NCBI GenBank assembly: GCA_964450885.1
Contig: CAYVFE010000001.1
Span: 438,572 to 502,571 of the forward strand
From: an uncultured Gammaproteobacteria bacterium
GTDB lineage: Bacteria; Patescibacteriota; Microgenomatia; Levybacterales; GWA1-39-11
Reading direction: 5' to 3'
Length of the DNA stretch: 64,000 nt
Below the pieces are notes generated by a model that saw only the letters and a list, made by a program, of their open reading frames with translations, had not been told where the DNA came from and ran no database searches. A program made the position numbers and the translations under genes. Within the stretch, counting starts at the first letter, position 1. Every line of letters begins with the position of its first letter. Below, piece by piece: positions 10,118-19,903 of this stretch.

Positions 10118-11885
10118 ACTAAGTATCATATTATTTTTGTTCTACCTTCTCCTCCTTTTCATGACTTTTAGGGTCTGGTTTTTGCCGGGAGTTATTACAG
10201 GCGGAGATCTTTGGTATTATTTCCCTTCCATGTTTGATAACCATCAGTTTTATCCTTCAGACTGGGCGTTTTTTTCAGGTAATGGATTCGGTGGGACAGC
10301 GATTCCTTTTATGGCGGTTAGTTTTTTTATGTCAATTCCATTTTTCTTTGGGAAAGCATTTGGAATTTCTTGGGAGATATTGCAAAGAGTATTTATCCTG
10401 TTCCCTTTCCTGATCGCCGTAAGTGTTTTTCCTTATTTATTTTTAAAAAAATTATTCCCCAATAATCTATTTGTAGTTATTTCCAGTCTGATTTTTTCTT
10501 TCAATTCATATATCTTGATGTTGGTATCGGGTGGTTTGGTGGTTATAGGGATTGCTTACTGCCTGATTCCCCTAGGATTCTTATTCACGATAAAGATTTT
10601 GGATCACAAAGGCGATAAAAGACAGCTGATATCTAACATTTTTTCACTAGGCATTATTTTCGGGATTCAGTCAGTGCTGGATGTCAGGGTAACATACATG
10701 ACTTTTGTTGGCATTTCAATTTTCTTTATATCCCGATTGTTGATAGAAAAAAACTTTCTTGAATTTTTTAAAAATGCAGTTAGTATATTCATAGTACCTT
10801 TATTGATTGCTGGACTCATTAATGCTTTTTGGCTCCTTCCTGCGCTTACTTTCGGCTCAAATGCACTCGACCAACTAGGAGAAAACTATACGACAGTAGA
10901 ATCTGTTAGATTCTTTAGTTTTGCAAAATTTGAAAATACCATCTCACTTCTTCATCCCAACTGGCCCGAAAATATTTTTGGAAAGACATATTTTCAGAGA
11001 CCAGAATTTCTAATTTTTACTTTTTTTGCTTTCATAAGTTTGTTATTTGTTAACAAAAACAATAGAAAGATAGTTTTGCCGTTTGTGATTATGGGAGTTC
11101 TTGCAAGTTTTCTGGCAAAGGGATCAAGCGATCCTTTTGGTGGTATTTATATTTTTTTGTTCGAAAATATTCCGGGTTTTGTTTTTTTTAGAGATCCCAC
11201 AAAATGGTATATGCTTATTGCTTTGTCTTTCTCGGTGCTCATTCCATTTTCCATATTTAAGCTATATAGCAAGTATAAGAAGGTTGGCTGGCTCGTCCCA
11301 GTATTTTTTGCTATTTATTTTCTAATAACAATTTTGCCAGCGTTATCAGGTAAGCTTCCTGGGACTTTTAAGACCTCTAATGTCCCAAGTGAATATGTGA
11401 GTTTTGAGGAGTTTATGTCTCAGCAGGATCCTGGAAGGATATTGTGGGTTCCCAGTCCTTCAAGATTTTCATATTTTTCTCAGGTTCATCCTGCTGTCTC
11501 TGGAAATAAATATTTTGATATGAACGACCCATCCGAAGTCGCGCAAAATCTGAGTAGTGAAGCGATCGATATTTTAGGACAACGAGGGGTTTCTTATGTC
11601 GCAGTCCCTTATGATAGTAGGGGTGAAATTTTTCTAAAAGACAGAGTGTATGATGAAAAAGAATATATAAAAACGATAGAAATTCTTGATTCAAACACAG
11701 AGCTGAAAAGAATTGATGGTTTGGGCAATTTAAGACTTTACAGTATTGAAGATAGTGATGTATCTAGTGTTCTGCCAAAGGAGAATATTGGTAGACCTCA
11801 AACAACCAATTTAGCCGCTGCTGTAAGTTTGGTAGCGTTTATTTTATCGATAATAACGGTTATTGCATTGAAATTAAAAAGATGA
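10107..11885 (+). CDS. polytopic membrane protein, GT-C-like (paralogous to the 6056..8356 protein)
   Basis: It is multi-TM, and the first-loop motif LPGVITGGDLWYYFPSMF parallels the GGDD loop of the 6056..8356 protein. Confidence 0.35.
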   Translation: MKNKLSIILFLFYLLLLFMTFRVWFLPGVITGGDLWYYFPSMFDNHQFYPSDWAFFSGNGFGGTAIPFMAVSFFMSIPFFFGKAFGISWEILQRVFILFPFLIAVSVFPYLFLKKLFPNNLFVVISSLIFSFNSYILMLVSGGLVVIGIAYCLIPLGFLFTIKILDHKGDKRQLISNIFSLGIIFGIQSVLDVRVTYMTFVGISIFFISRLLIEKNFLEFFKNAVSIFIVPLLIAGLINAFWLLPALTFGSNALDQLGENYTTVESVRFFSFAKFENTISLLHPNWPENIFGKTYFQRPEFLIFTFFAFISLLFVNKNNRKIVLPFVIMGVLASFLAKGSSDPFGGIYIFLFENIPGFVFFRDPTKWYMLIALSFSVLIPFSIFKLYSKYKKVGWLVPVFFAIYFLITILPALSGKLPGTFKTSNVPSEYVSFEEFMSQQDPGRILWVPSPSRFSYFSQVHPAVSGNKYFDMNDPSEVAQNLSSEAIDILGQRGVSYVAVPYDSRGEIFLKDRVYDEKEYIKTIEILDSNTELKRIDGLGNLRLYSIEDSDVSSVLPKENIGRPQTTNLAAAVSLVAFILSIITVIALKLKR

Positions 11886-12094
11886 GTATTCAAGATTTAT
11901 TTTTTATAGCAATTCTAGCTGTACTGTTGATTAAGCAAAGATACGAATGGCTGGTGGTAGCCGGGTTGGCCTGCGTAGTTATTTCGATCCCGCTATTTTA
12001 TTTTTGGATTTTCTTTACAGCGCAAAAATTGATATATTACTCGGCAGCATTTTTTTTAGTAGCAGCTATTCTATTTATAATAAAAAAACGGTAA
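11882..12094 (+). CDS. small two-TM membrane protein
   Basis: The 70-aa product is almost entirely hydrophobic and the gene sits in the operon context. Confidence 0.3.
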   Translation: MSIQDLFFIAILAVLLIKQRYEWLVVAGLACVVISIPLFYFWIFFTAQKLIYYSAAFFLVAAILFIIKKR

Positions 12095-12102
12095 CATAAC
12101 GT

Positions 12103-12633
12103 ATGCGTATTGGAATTGATATCAGTCAACTTGCCTATCAAAATACAGGGGTAGCAAATTATCTCTACGGGTTGGTTTCCCATCTGGTAGATAGCGATGA
12201 TAAAAACGAATACGTGCTTTTTTTCTCCTCATTAAGGAGAAACGTGGATTTAAGAGAACTTAGTTCAAAGAAGAATGTATCTGTGAAGAAATTCAAAATG
12301 CCACCAAGTTTTATGAATTTAATGTGGAATACGATGCATATAATGCCTATAGAAAACTTCATTGGAGATATTGATCTTTTTATAACATCAGACTGGACAG
12401 AGCCGCCTACAAAAAAAGCTAAAAAGGCAACAATAATTTATGACCTAATCGTGTATAAGTATCCGAGTGAGACAAACGAAAAGATAATCTACACGCAAAA
12501 GAAAAAACTATCATGGGTGAAAAAAGAGTCAGATATTGTTTTTTGTATCTCAGAGTCAACAAAAAAAGATGCAGTAGAAATTTTAAAACTAGATAAGAAT
12601 AAAATAAGTGTAATTTATCCTGGAATTATATGA
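12103..12633 (+). pseudogene. truncated glycosyltransferase family 1 (N-terminal Rossmann half only)
   Basis: It starts MRIGIDISQLAYQNTGVANYLYGL, like the following full-length GT1 (MRIGINGF...). It ends at ...ISVIYPGII, the point where a GT1 C-domain would begin. Confidence 0.4.
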
Positions 12634-13751
12634 GAATTGGAATAAATGGATTTGAGGCTGTAGTTCCTCGATTCGGTTATGATCACAAAGGATTTCCTAA
12701 AAGAGTGGGGAGTTCTGAGTTTTGCTTTCAACTTTTAAATAGAATAAATAAAATAGATGAAAAAAATGACTATCTGATTTTTCTCCCTCAGAATCCAACA
12801 GCTGACTTACCTGAAGAGACAGATCGATGGAAGTATAAGGTTATTCCAAACAAAAGGCTCTGGACTATCTTTGGATTGACTCGTGAAATAATTAAGCCAC
12901 ATAATTTGGATGTATTTTTTTCTCCAACGCATTACGGTCCGTTATATGCTCCATGTCCTCAAATAATATCGATTTTGGACGTTTCTTATAAACACTTTCC
13001 CGAGATGTTTCCCAAAAAAGATCTCCTAAAATTGGCGCTATGGGGTAAGTATTCTATCAACAATGCGCAAAAGATAATAACAATTAGTGATAGTTCCAAG
13101 AATGATATAATGAACGAATACCATGTCTCAGCCGACAAGGTGGATGTTGTCCCTTTGGGCATAAAGGATGTAAAAGTCTCTAAGATGAATAAGAGCGATT
13201 TTATAAAAAAGTATGATTTAAAAAATCCCTATGTTCTTTTTGTGGGGACTCTCCAGCCTAGAAAAAACATCGAAAAACTTATTGAGGCATTTTCTTTGAT
13301 AAAAGATGAAAATATAGATTTGGTTATTGTTGGCAGACGGGGATGGGATTTCCAAAAGATTCTGGACGCACCTGAAAAATATGGGATTTTAGAAAGAGTC
13401 AAATTTTTGGAGAATGTAACAAATGAAGATTTGCCATTATTTTATAAACATGCTGAGCTTTTTGTATTGCCTAGCCTGTATGAGGGGTTTGGATTGCCAA
13501 TTCTTGAGGCGATGCAATATGATTGTCCAGTCATAACAAGTGATGTTTCATCTCTCCCCGAAGCAGGAGGAGATGCTGCGCTTTACTTTAATCCCAATGA
13601 TGCTAAAGATATTGCAGACCGGATAGAAAAAGTTTTAAATGATGAAAAGCTAAAAAAGCAGATGGTAGCCAAAGGACATGAACAGATTAAGAAATTTTCC
13701 TGGGATAAAAGCGCGAAAGAAGTTATAAAAATATTTGAATCAATAAAATGA
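12630..13751 (+). CDS. glycosyltransferase family 1 (GT4-type)
   Basis: The C-domain motif EGFGLPILEAMQYDCPVITSDVSSLPEAGGDAALYF is typical of GT4-type enzymes. Confidence 0.75.
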   Translation: MRIGINGFEAVVPRFGYDHKGFPKRVGSSEFCFQLLNRINKIDEKNDYLIFLPQNPTADLPEETDRWKYKVIPNKRLWTIFGLTREIIKPHNLDVFFSPTHYGPLYAPCPQIISILDVSYKHFPEMFPKKDLLKLALWGKYSINNAQKIITISDSSKNDIMNEYHVSADKVDVVPLGIKDVKVSKMNKSDFIKKYDLKNPYVLFVGTLQPRKNIEKLIEAFSLIKDENIDLVIVGRRGWDFQKILDAPEKYGILERVKFLENVTNEDLPLFYKHAELFVLPSLYEGFGLPILEAMQYDCPVITSDVSSLPEAGGDAALYFNPNDAKDIADRIEKVLNDEKLKKQMVAKGHEQIKKFSWDKSAKEVIKIFESIK

Positions 13752-14299
13752 ATAGAGCAGAAAGAAGAATATCAACAGTTCTGTTGGAGTTGGAAAACTT
13801 TATATTGAAAGTAGTCGGATGTGTCCCATCGCATTATGTGAGAAGATTTTTCTATAAATTGTTTGGAGCGAAAATAGGTAGTGGATCGACTCTGCATACA
13901 GGTGCTATTTTCTATAACATCAGTAATCTAAGAATCGGGGAAGATACAATAATCGGTGAAAATGTCGTTATAGATGGCAGAGATAAAATAACCATAGGAA
14001 ATCATGTAGATTTTGCATCGGAGGTTATGGTCTATAACGCGGAGCATGACATACACAGCGATAACTTTAAAGCTATAACGGCACCGGTTGAAATCGGGGA
14101 CTATGTTTTTATAGGTCCTAGAGCGATTATCCTGCCAGGAGTCAAAATCGGAAAGGGTGCAGTGGTTGCTGCGGGCGCTGTAGTCACTAAAAACGTAGGC
14201 GAATTTAAAATAGTGGGAGGAGTTCCTGCCAAGGAAATTGGAGAGAGGGAAAATACCGATCCTAAATATAGACTAGGTCGCGCTGCCTGGTTCAGATAA
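13748..14299 (+). CDS. hexapeptide-repeat acetyltransferase (WcaF/NeuD-like O-acetyltransferase)
   Basis: It has left-handed beta-helix repeats IGEDTIIGENVVIDGRDKITIGNHV...[29 protein letters not shown]. Confidence 0.6.
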   Translation: MNRAERRISTVLLELENFILKVVGCVPSHYVRRFFYKLFGAKIGSGSTLHTGAIFYNISNLRIGEDTIIGENVVIDGRDKITIGNHVDFASEVMVYNAEHDIHSDNFKAITAPVEIGDYVFIGPRAIILPGVKIGKGAVVAAGAVVTKNVGEFKIVGGVPAKEIGERENTDPKYRLGRAAWFR

Positions 14300-14307
14300 A
14301 TTTACTT

Positions 14308-15171
14308 ATGCCCAAAATTTCAATAGTTATTCTCACTTACAACTCCTCAAAATATATAGAAGAACTACTACAGGGTCTGTTGAAAAAATATTCTCAAGAG
14401 CTAAAGGATGATGAGCTGGAAATAGTAGTAGCCGATAACCTTTCGCATGATGACACCCTCGTAAAGGTAAATAAATTTAAAGAGAAAGTAAGACTAATTG
14501 AGAACAAGGGAAACGTTGGATTTGCCAAGGGGAATAATCTTGCTGCAAAAAAAGCACGTGGAGATTTTTTAATCTTCATAAATCCAGATGCGCGAATAAA
14601 ATCCGGAGACATATTTAAGTTGGCTTCCATATTTGACGACGAAAAGGTAGGGATTGTGGGAGGCGAAATTATTTCTTTTCAAGGGGAAAAAGAGTTATCT
14701 TGCGGTAGATTCTACAATCCATTTAATACTTTGGTGTTGGCTTTGGGTATTGAGGAAAAAATAGGACTTCGATTTTCTCCGAAGCAGGATAGAAACGTAG
14801 ACTTTGTGAGTGGAGGATTTTTAATGATAAGAAAAAATCTATTTGATAGGCTCAATGGGTTTGATGAAAATTATTTCATGTATCTGGAGGATGCAGATTT
14901 ATGCTTTCAAGCGCGCAAGAAAGGATTTAAGGCCAGATACAGTAAAATGGCAACAATACAACATGTTGGACAGGGTAGTTCAAATAGGACTTTTGCAGTA
15001 ATTAATATCTATAAAGGTCTTATGTACTTTAATAAGAAGAATTATGGGAAAATAGCCCACGCTTTTGTAAGGCTGGTACTGAGAGCGAAGGCTGCTTTTC
15101 TTGTATTGACGGGCAAAATGGTTAATAATAAATATTTGGTAGAGACTTACACAGAAGCGCTAAAGGTATGA
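14308..15171 (+). CDS. glycosyltransferase family 2
   Basis: It has the GT2 pattern ISIVILTYNSSKYIEELL...VVADNLSHDDT and a DAD motif. Confidence 0.7.
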   Translation: MPKISIVILTYNSSKYIEELLQGLLKKYSQELKDDELEIVVADNLSHDDTLVKVNKFKEKVRLIENKGNVGFAKGNNLAAKKARGDFLIFINPDARIKSGDIFKLASIFDDEKVGIVGGEIISFQGEKELSCGRFYNPFNTLVLALGIEEKIGLRFSPKQDRNVDFVSGGFLMIRKNLFDRLNGFDENYFMYLEDADLCFQARKKGFKARYSKMATIQHVGQGSSNRTFAVINIYKGLMYFNKKNYGKIAHAFVRLVLRAKAAFLVLTGKMVNNKYLVETYTEALKV

Positions 15172-18100
15172 AGAAATTAATATCGTGGTTAGGAAACAAC
15201 TTGCTTTTTTTGAGCACACTATTCTTGCTCGTGTTTATTCCCCTGTATCCGAAGATTCCTTTAGTGGATATTCAAAATACCTGGGTATATGTGCGAGCCG
15301 AGGATTTTTTCGTATTTATAGTTCTTGGAATATGGGCCATTTTTTTGTTCAGAAAGAAAATAACACTCAAAACCCCGCTCACCATACCTATACTTACATT
15401 TTGGCTCGTGGGAGCAGTTGCGACCATACATGGAATAATACTTATATTCCCTAATATCGCCAATGTATTTCCTAATGTCTCGTTTTTGAGTTACCTACGG
15501 AATATCGAGTATCTAAGCGTCTTTTTTGTTGCATTTTCTGGAATTCGCGATAAGAAATTCTTAAAGATTGTAATCGTCTTTTTGATCGGTACGTTTTTGG
15601 CCGTTGTATTTTACGGATTCGGGCAGAGGTTTTTGAGCTTTCCAGCATTTCTTACTATGAATGAGGAATTCGCGAAAGGAATACCCATTCAGTTATCAGC
15701 CTTATCCAGGGTGCCATCGACTTTTGCTGGACATTACGATTTGGCTGCGTATCTAGTCTTAATAATCCCAATTATAGTTAGTCTAATTTTTGGTTTTAGG
15801 AATTGGTTTATGAAAGTGTTTCTAGTGGGGGCATCGATTTTGGGTTTTATTTTGCTTTTCATGACCGTGTCGCGTGTATCATTTGCCGTTTTGATAATCT
15901 CACTTCTCATAGTTCTATTTTTCCACAAAAGAAGACTTTTGTTGTATTCGATCCCCTTGTTTGCTTTGTTCGGTTTTGTCTTTTTGCTGTTAAAGCCTAC
16001 AACCCTCCTACAGAGATTTACAGATACAGTCAATGAAGTAAATGTGCTAGTTGATGCAAAGACTGGTGTCGCAATAGGCCACGTGCAGTACGTGGACCCT
16101 GAGTATTTTGATGATAAGATAATCGGTCAGCAAAATATTGAGGACAAAGATGAGCTAGATGGTGCACTCGAGGGCGAATTTGAGGATGACAATGAAGCAA
16201 CACCGTCTGCACTTCTTCCAGTCACTCTTTTTCCGGAAGAGGTCCCACTGGTTCTTGATGCGAATATTTCTACAGGTGAGGAGTTGGTTCAGGGAACTGG
16301 ATATATAAATCTTTCTCTTTCTCCAGTCGACAGGAAATTAGGGAGTTTTTTCTATGAGATAACAGAAGATCCCGACTCGACTGACTCTGCACAGGTCCTT
16401 ATTTTCCACGGGGATTTTATAGTGAAAAGAGCTGCTGCATATGACTTGTCGTTTACGACAAGATTTCAGGGTGGATGGCCAAATGCTATTGAGTCTTTCG
16501 AGAGAAATGTATTTTTAGGTAGCGGTTACGGAACAGTAAGTCTTGCTGTCGACAATAATTATTTGCGGATATTGGGAGAGATTGGGATATTTGGTCTTAT
16601 CTCTTTTGTAGGGATATTCTTGACTTTAGGTATATATATCGTAAAAGTGTTGCCAAAAACGAACTCAAAGCTTCTCAGGAGTTTTGTCATAGGATTTGGC
16701 GCAGGTGTTATAGGTCTTGCGCTTAATGCCACGTTGATCGATGTTTTTGCAGCATCGAAAGTAGCCTTCGTTTTGTGGGTTTTGACAGGTATCGTAGTGG
16801 GACTTCTTTCCTTATATCAAGAGGGAAATATAAACCTAGGTATAGAGTTGAAAAAAGCTGCTTCATCGCCATATGCGGTAGTCATCTATCTTTTAGTATT
16901 TAGCTTTCTGATCTACCTGCCAATTCTAAATAACTATTTTATCGGTGACGATTTTACATGGTTTCGATGGGCAGCCGATTGCAAATATGGTGGACTCAGC
17001 TCGTGTCCGGGTATGGTGCAGAGAATTATAGATTACTTTGTTCATTCTGATGGATTTTTCTATAGACCTGGCACTAAATCTTACTTTCTCTTGATGTATT
17101 CGGTCTTTTGGTTGAACCAGGTGGTTTTCCATATAGCTTCCATAGTCCTGCATTTTGTTGTGGCGGCATTGTTCTATCTACTTTCTAGGAAAGTGTTAAA
17201 AAGCAATGCGCTGGCGGTATTGGGGAGTATGCTTTTTATTATAATGAGCGGCTACGCAGAAATGGTTTTCTGGATTTCCGCCACGGGTCATCTATTCAAT
17301 GCTGCATTTATTCTAGCCTCATTATTGTTGTTTATTCTTTATGACGAGAAAAAGAAGACATACTTTTTACTAGCGTCTGTAGTCTCGATATTTATAGCAA
17401 CTCTTTTCCACGAGCTAGGAGTAGTAGCGCCATTGCTTATTATTGCTTATAAGATTTTTATCGCTCCAGGATTTAGTTTAAAAAAGATCATAAAAAGCTA
17501 CGAGTACTATTTGCTAATGTTTCCCGTTGCAATCTATCTATTGTTAAGATTTATGTCTCAAAGTCATTGGAGTGGGGGAGACTATAGTTATAATTTAGTA
17601 AATCTCCCATTCAATATAATAGGAAATTCATTCGGGTATGGGCTCTTAACGCTCTTTGGATCAGTCTCCCTTCCCTTCTATCAAACACTACGGGAAGGAC
17701 TAAGGCAGAATGTCCCGTTAGCTTTACTTGGGGGGACAGTTATTTTGGTAGCCATTTATTTTGGTTATAGATTTGCAGGTAAAAAAATTGAGAGAGATGG
17801 AAAAAGAGCAATTCTTTTTGGGGTTTCATTTTTCCTTATTTCATTACTTCCCTTCATAGGTCTTGGAAATATTACCTCAAGATATAGCTATCTAGCATCA
17901 TTGGGGATTATTATTGTTTTGGTCTATATACTATCGAAGCTATACAATAGCCTAAAACTATATGGGGTAGGTATTGCTTTAGGTGCTATGGGTGTTGTTA
18001 TATCTACTTTTGCTTTGCTTCACATAATCCAAGTGCAACAGCTTCACAAGGATTGGAAAACTGCAGGAAATAAAGTGGAAGAATTCATTATTTCGATGGA

Positions 18101-18404
18101 TTCTTTATATAGAAATACGTGGTCTAATCCCGATACTCAACTGCACTTTGTTAATGTCCCAATAAAACATAACGACGCCTGGGTATTTCCTGTTGGGATC
18201 CAGGATGCAATATGGCTTACTTTCCAGAATAATAATCTACAAGTCTATATCCATCCTAATCTGGAAGACGCATTGGATGCCGTTGCTCTTTCGTCGAACA
18301 AATTTATCCTTATGTTTGAAGATGATGGAGGCGTTAGGGAAATTGTGCGTTACAGAAATAGGATTACAGGTGAAATGGAGTATGATTCGGGGATAGATAA
18401 TTAG
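15168..18404 (+). CDS. giant membrane protein: an O-antigen ligase/polymerase-like (Wzy_C) domain fused to a C-terminal GT-C-like domain
   Basis: The N-terminal ~560 aa are multi-TM, with a Wzy_C-like segment (MTVSRVSFAVLII...) and the motif GSGYGTVSLAVDNNYLRILGEIGIFGL. An acidic insert (EFEDDNEATPSA) sits in the large loop. The C-terminal ~500 aa form a multi-TM domain with a GDD loop (YFIGDDFTWFRW). Confidence 0.45.
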   Translation: MKKLISWLGNNLLFLSTLFLLVFIPLYPKIPLVDIQNTWVYVRAEDFFVFIVLGIWAIFLFRKKITLKTPLTIPILTFWLVGAVATIHGIILIFPNIANVFPNVSFLSYLRNIEYLSVFFVAFSGIRDKKFLKIVIVFLIGTFLAVVFYGFGQRFLSFPAFLTMNEEFAKGIPIQLSALSRVPSTFAGHYDLAAYLVLIIPIIVSLIFGFRNWFMKVFLVGASILGFILLFMTVSRVSFAVLIISLLIVLFFHKRRLLLYSIPLFALFGFVFLLLKPTTLLQRFTDTVNEVNVLVDAKTGVAIGHVQYVDPEYFDDKIIGQQNIEDKDELDGALEGEFEDDNEATPSALLPVTLFPEEVPLVLDANISTGEELVQGTGYINLSLSPVDRKLGSFFYEITEDPDSTDSAQVLIFHGDFIVKRAAAYDLSFTTRFQGGWPNAIESFERNVFLGSGYGTVSLAVDNNYLRILGEIGIFGLISFVGIFLTLGIYIVKVLPKTNSKLLRSFVIGFGAGVIGLALNATLIDVFAASKVAFVLWVLTGIVVGLLSLYQEGNINLGIELKKAASSPYAVVIYLLVFSFLIYLPILNNYFIGDDFTWFRWAADCKYGGLSSCPGMVQRIIDYFVHSDGFFYRPGTKSYFLLMYSVFWLNQVVFHIASIVLHFVVAALFYLLSRKVLKSNALAVLGSMLFIIMSGYAEMVFWISATGHLFNAAFILASLLLFILYDEKKKTYFLLASVVSIFIATLFHELGVVAPLLIIAYKIFIAPGFSLKKIIKSYEYYLLMFPVAIYLLLRFMSQSHWSGGDYSYNLVNLPFNIIGNSFGYGLLTLFGSVSLPFYQTLREGLRQNVPLALLGGTVILVAIYFGYRFAGKKIERDGKRAILFGVSFFLISLLPFIGLGNITSRYSYLASLGIIIVLVYILSKLYNSLKLYGVGIALGAMGVVISTFALLHIIQVQQLHKDWKTAGNKVEEFIISMDSLYRNTWSNPDTQLHFVNVPIKHNDAWVFPVGIQDAIWLTFQNNNLQVYIHPNLEDALDAVALSSNKFILMFEDDGGVREIVRYRNRITGEMEYDSGIDN

Positions 18405-18466
18405 ACAATAATCTTCTGACAAATTGATAATATATATCGCTTAGATTAAAATTATAACTATAATTC

Positions 18467-19903
18467 ATGAATAGAGTCGGTCTACTAATCTTATTTTTAC
18501 TTTTGGCTTTGGGTTTTTTTGTTCGCCTCTATAAATTTTCCGAACCAATAGCAGATTGGCATTCTTTCAGGCAATCAGACACCGCCGCTGTATCACAAAT
18601 ATTTGCAAAGGAGGGGTACGATCTTTTGTATCCTAAGTATTATGACATCTCCAATGTTCAATCAGGCCTGGACAATCCAAGGGGATATAGATTTGTAGAA
18701 TTTCCTATTTATAACCTGCTGCACGCCTTTATGGCCGAGTCCATAGGCGGATTGTCATTTACGCAGTGGGGTAGAATGCTAAATATCGTAGCGTCTCTTA
18801 TTACGGCAGTTGTAGTATTTGCTTTACTCAAAAAGTATGCAAATAATTTTGCTGCATATTCGGGATTGGTAGCGTTTCTTTTTTTGCCTTACTCTATCTT
18901 TTATAGCAGGGTTATATTACCGGATGTAATGATGACAACATCCTTGATGCTGGGGATATATTTTTTCGATAAGTTTTTGTCTTATAAAAAAATGACAAAA
19001 AAAACCTTCATCTTCTATGCTTTGTCTTTGTTGTTCATAAGCTCTTCTTTTCTATTAAAGCCTTTCTCCCTATTTTTTATTTTACCGATCATATATTTAG
19101 CATATAAAAAGTTCGGCACGAAAATGTTTCTTAAATGGTATCTATATCTATTTGCCATAGTATCTGTCGTGCCATTATATCTGTGGAGAAGTTGGATAGT
19201 GCAGTTCCCAGAAGGAATCCCTGTTTCTGACTGGTTATTTAATGGAAATGGGATCCGCTTTCGCCCATCATTTTTCAGATGGATATTTTTTGAAAGAGTC
19301 ACAAAATTGATACTGGGATACTTTGGTGCGTTTGCTATTGCGGCAAGCGTATTCTCATATAAAGATAAAAATATTTTATTTTTTGTCTCCTTTGCTTTTT
19401 CTTCGCTCTTGTATCTTTTTGTAATAGCCACAGGAAATGTACAGCATGATTACTATCAAATATTAATAATTCCGACGGTGGTGATGTTTGTCGGAATAGG
19501 AATGAGCAAAATTTATGAAATTGCTACAAAGAAATTTAATCGCGTTGCTGGGTGTTTATTGGTAGTAATAGTATTTGTATTATCTTTTTATTTTTCGTGG
19601 ATTCAGGTTAAAGACTACTTCAACATAAACGATAGAGGAATGGTCGAGGCTGCAGAAAAAGCAAATGAGATCTTGCCTAAAGATGCGTTAATCATTGCTC
19701 CATATGATGGGAGTACAACATTTTTAAACCTGATCCAAAGACGTGGGTGGCCTGTTTTCCAGCAACCCATAGAGGAGTTAATTGATAAAGGTGCTCAATA
19801 TATGGTTATAGCAAACCCTACAGAAAATGATTTTACTGGATTTGGCACAGAATACGATGTGATTGATTCTTCAAATACTTATTTAATCCTCAAACTCAAA
19901 TGA
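18467..19903 (+). CDS. GT-C family glycosyltransferase (ArnT/PMT-like)
   Basis: The first-loop motif IADWHSFRQSDTAAVSQIFAKEGYDLLYP is ArnT/PMT-like, and the protein is ~11 TM overall. Confidence 0.45.
   Translation: MNRVGLLILFLLLALGFFVRLYKFSEPIADWHSFRQSDTAAVSQIFAKEGYDLLYPKYYDISNVQSGLDNPRGYRFVEFPIYNLLHAFMAESIGGLSFTQWGRMLNIVASLITAVVVFALLKKYANNFAAYSGLVAFLFLPYSIFYSRVILPDVMMTTSLMLGIYFFDKFLSYKKMTKKTFIFYALSLLFISSSFLLKPFSLFFILPIIYLAYKKFGTKMFLKWYLYLFAIVSVVPLYLWRSWIVQFPEGIPVSDWLFNGNGIRFRPSFFRWIFFERVTKLILGYFGAFAIAASVFSYKDKNILFFVSFAFSSLLYLFVIATGNVQHDYYQILIIPTVVMFVGIGMSKIYEIATKKFNRVAGCLLVVIVFVLSFYFSWIQVKDYFNINDRGMVEAAEKANEILPKDALIIAPYDGSTTFLNLIQRRGWPVFQQPIEELIDKGAQYMVIANPTENDFTGFGTEYDVIDSSNTYLILKLK

Noticed and set aside
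11101-11325. Same-strand alternative-frame ORFs inside larger genes (11101..11325 and 15185..15454).
   Set aside because: They are out of frame with clearly coding membrane-protein genes and have no start context. They are spurious.
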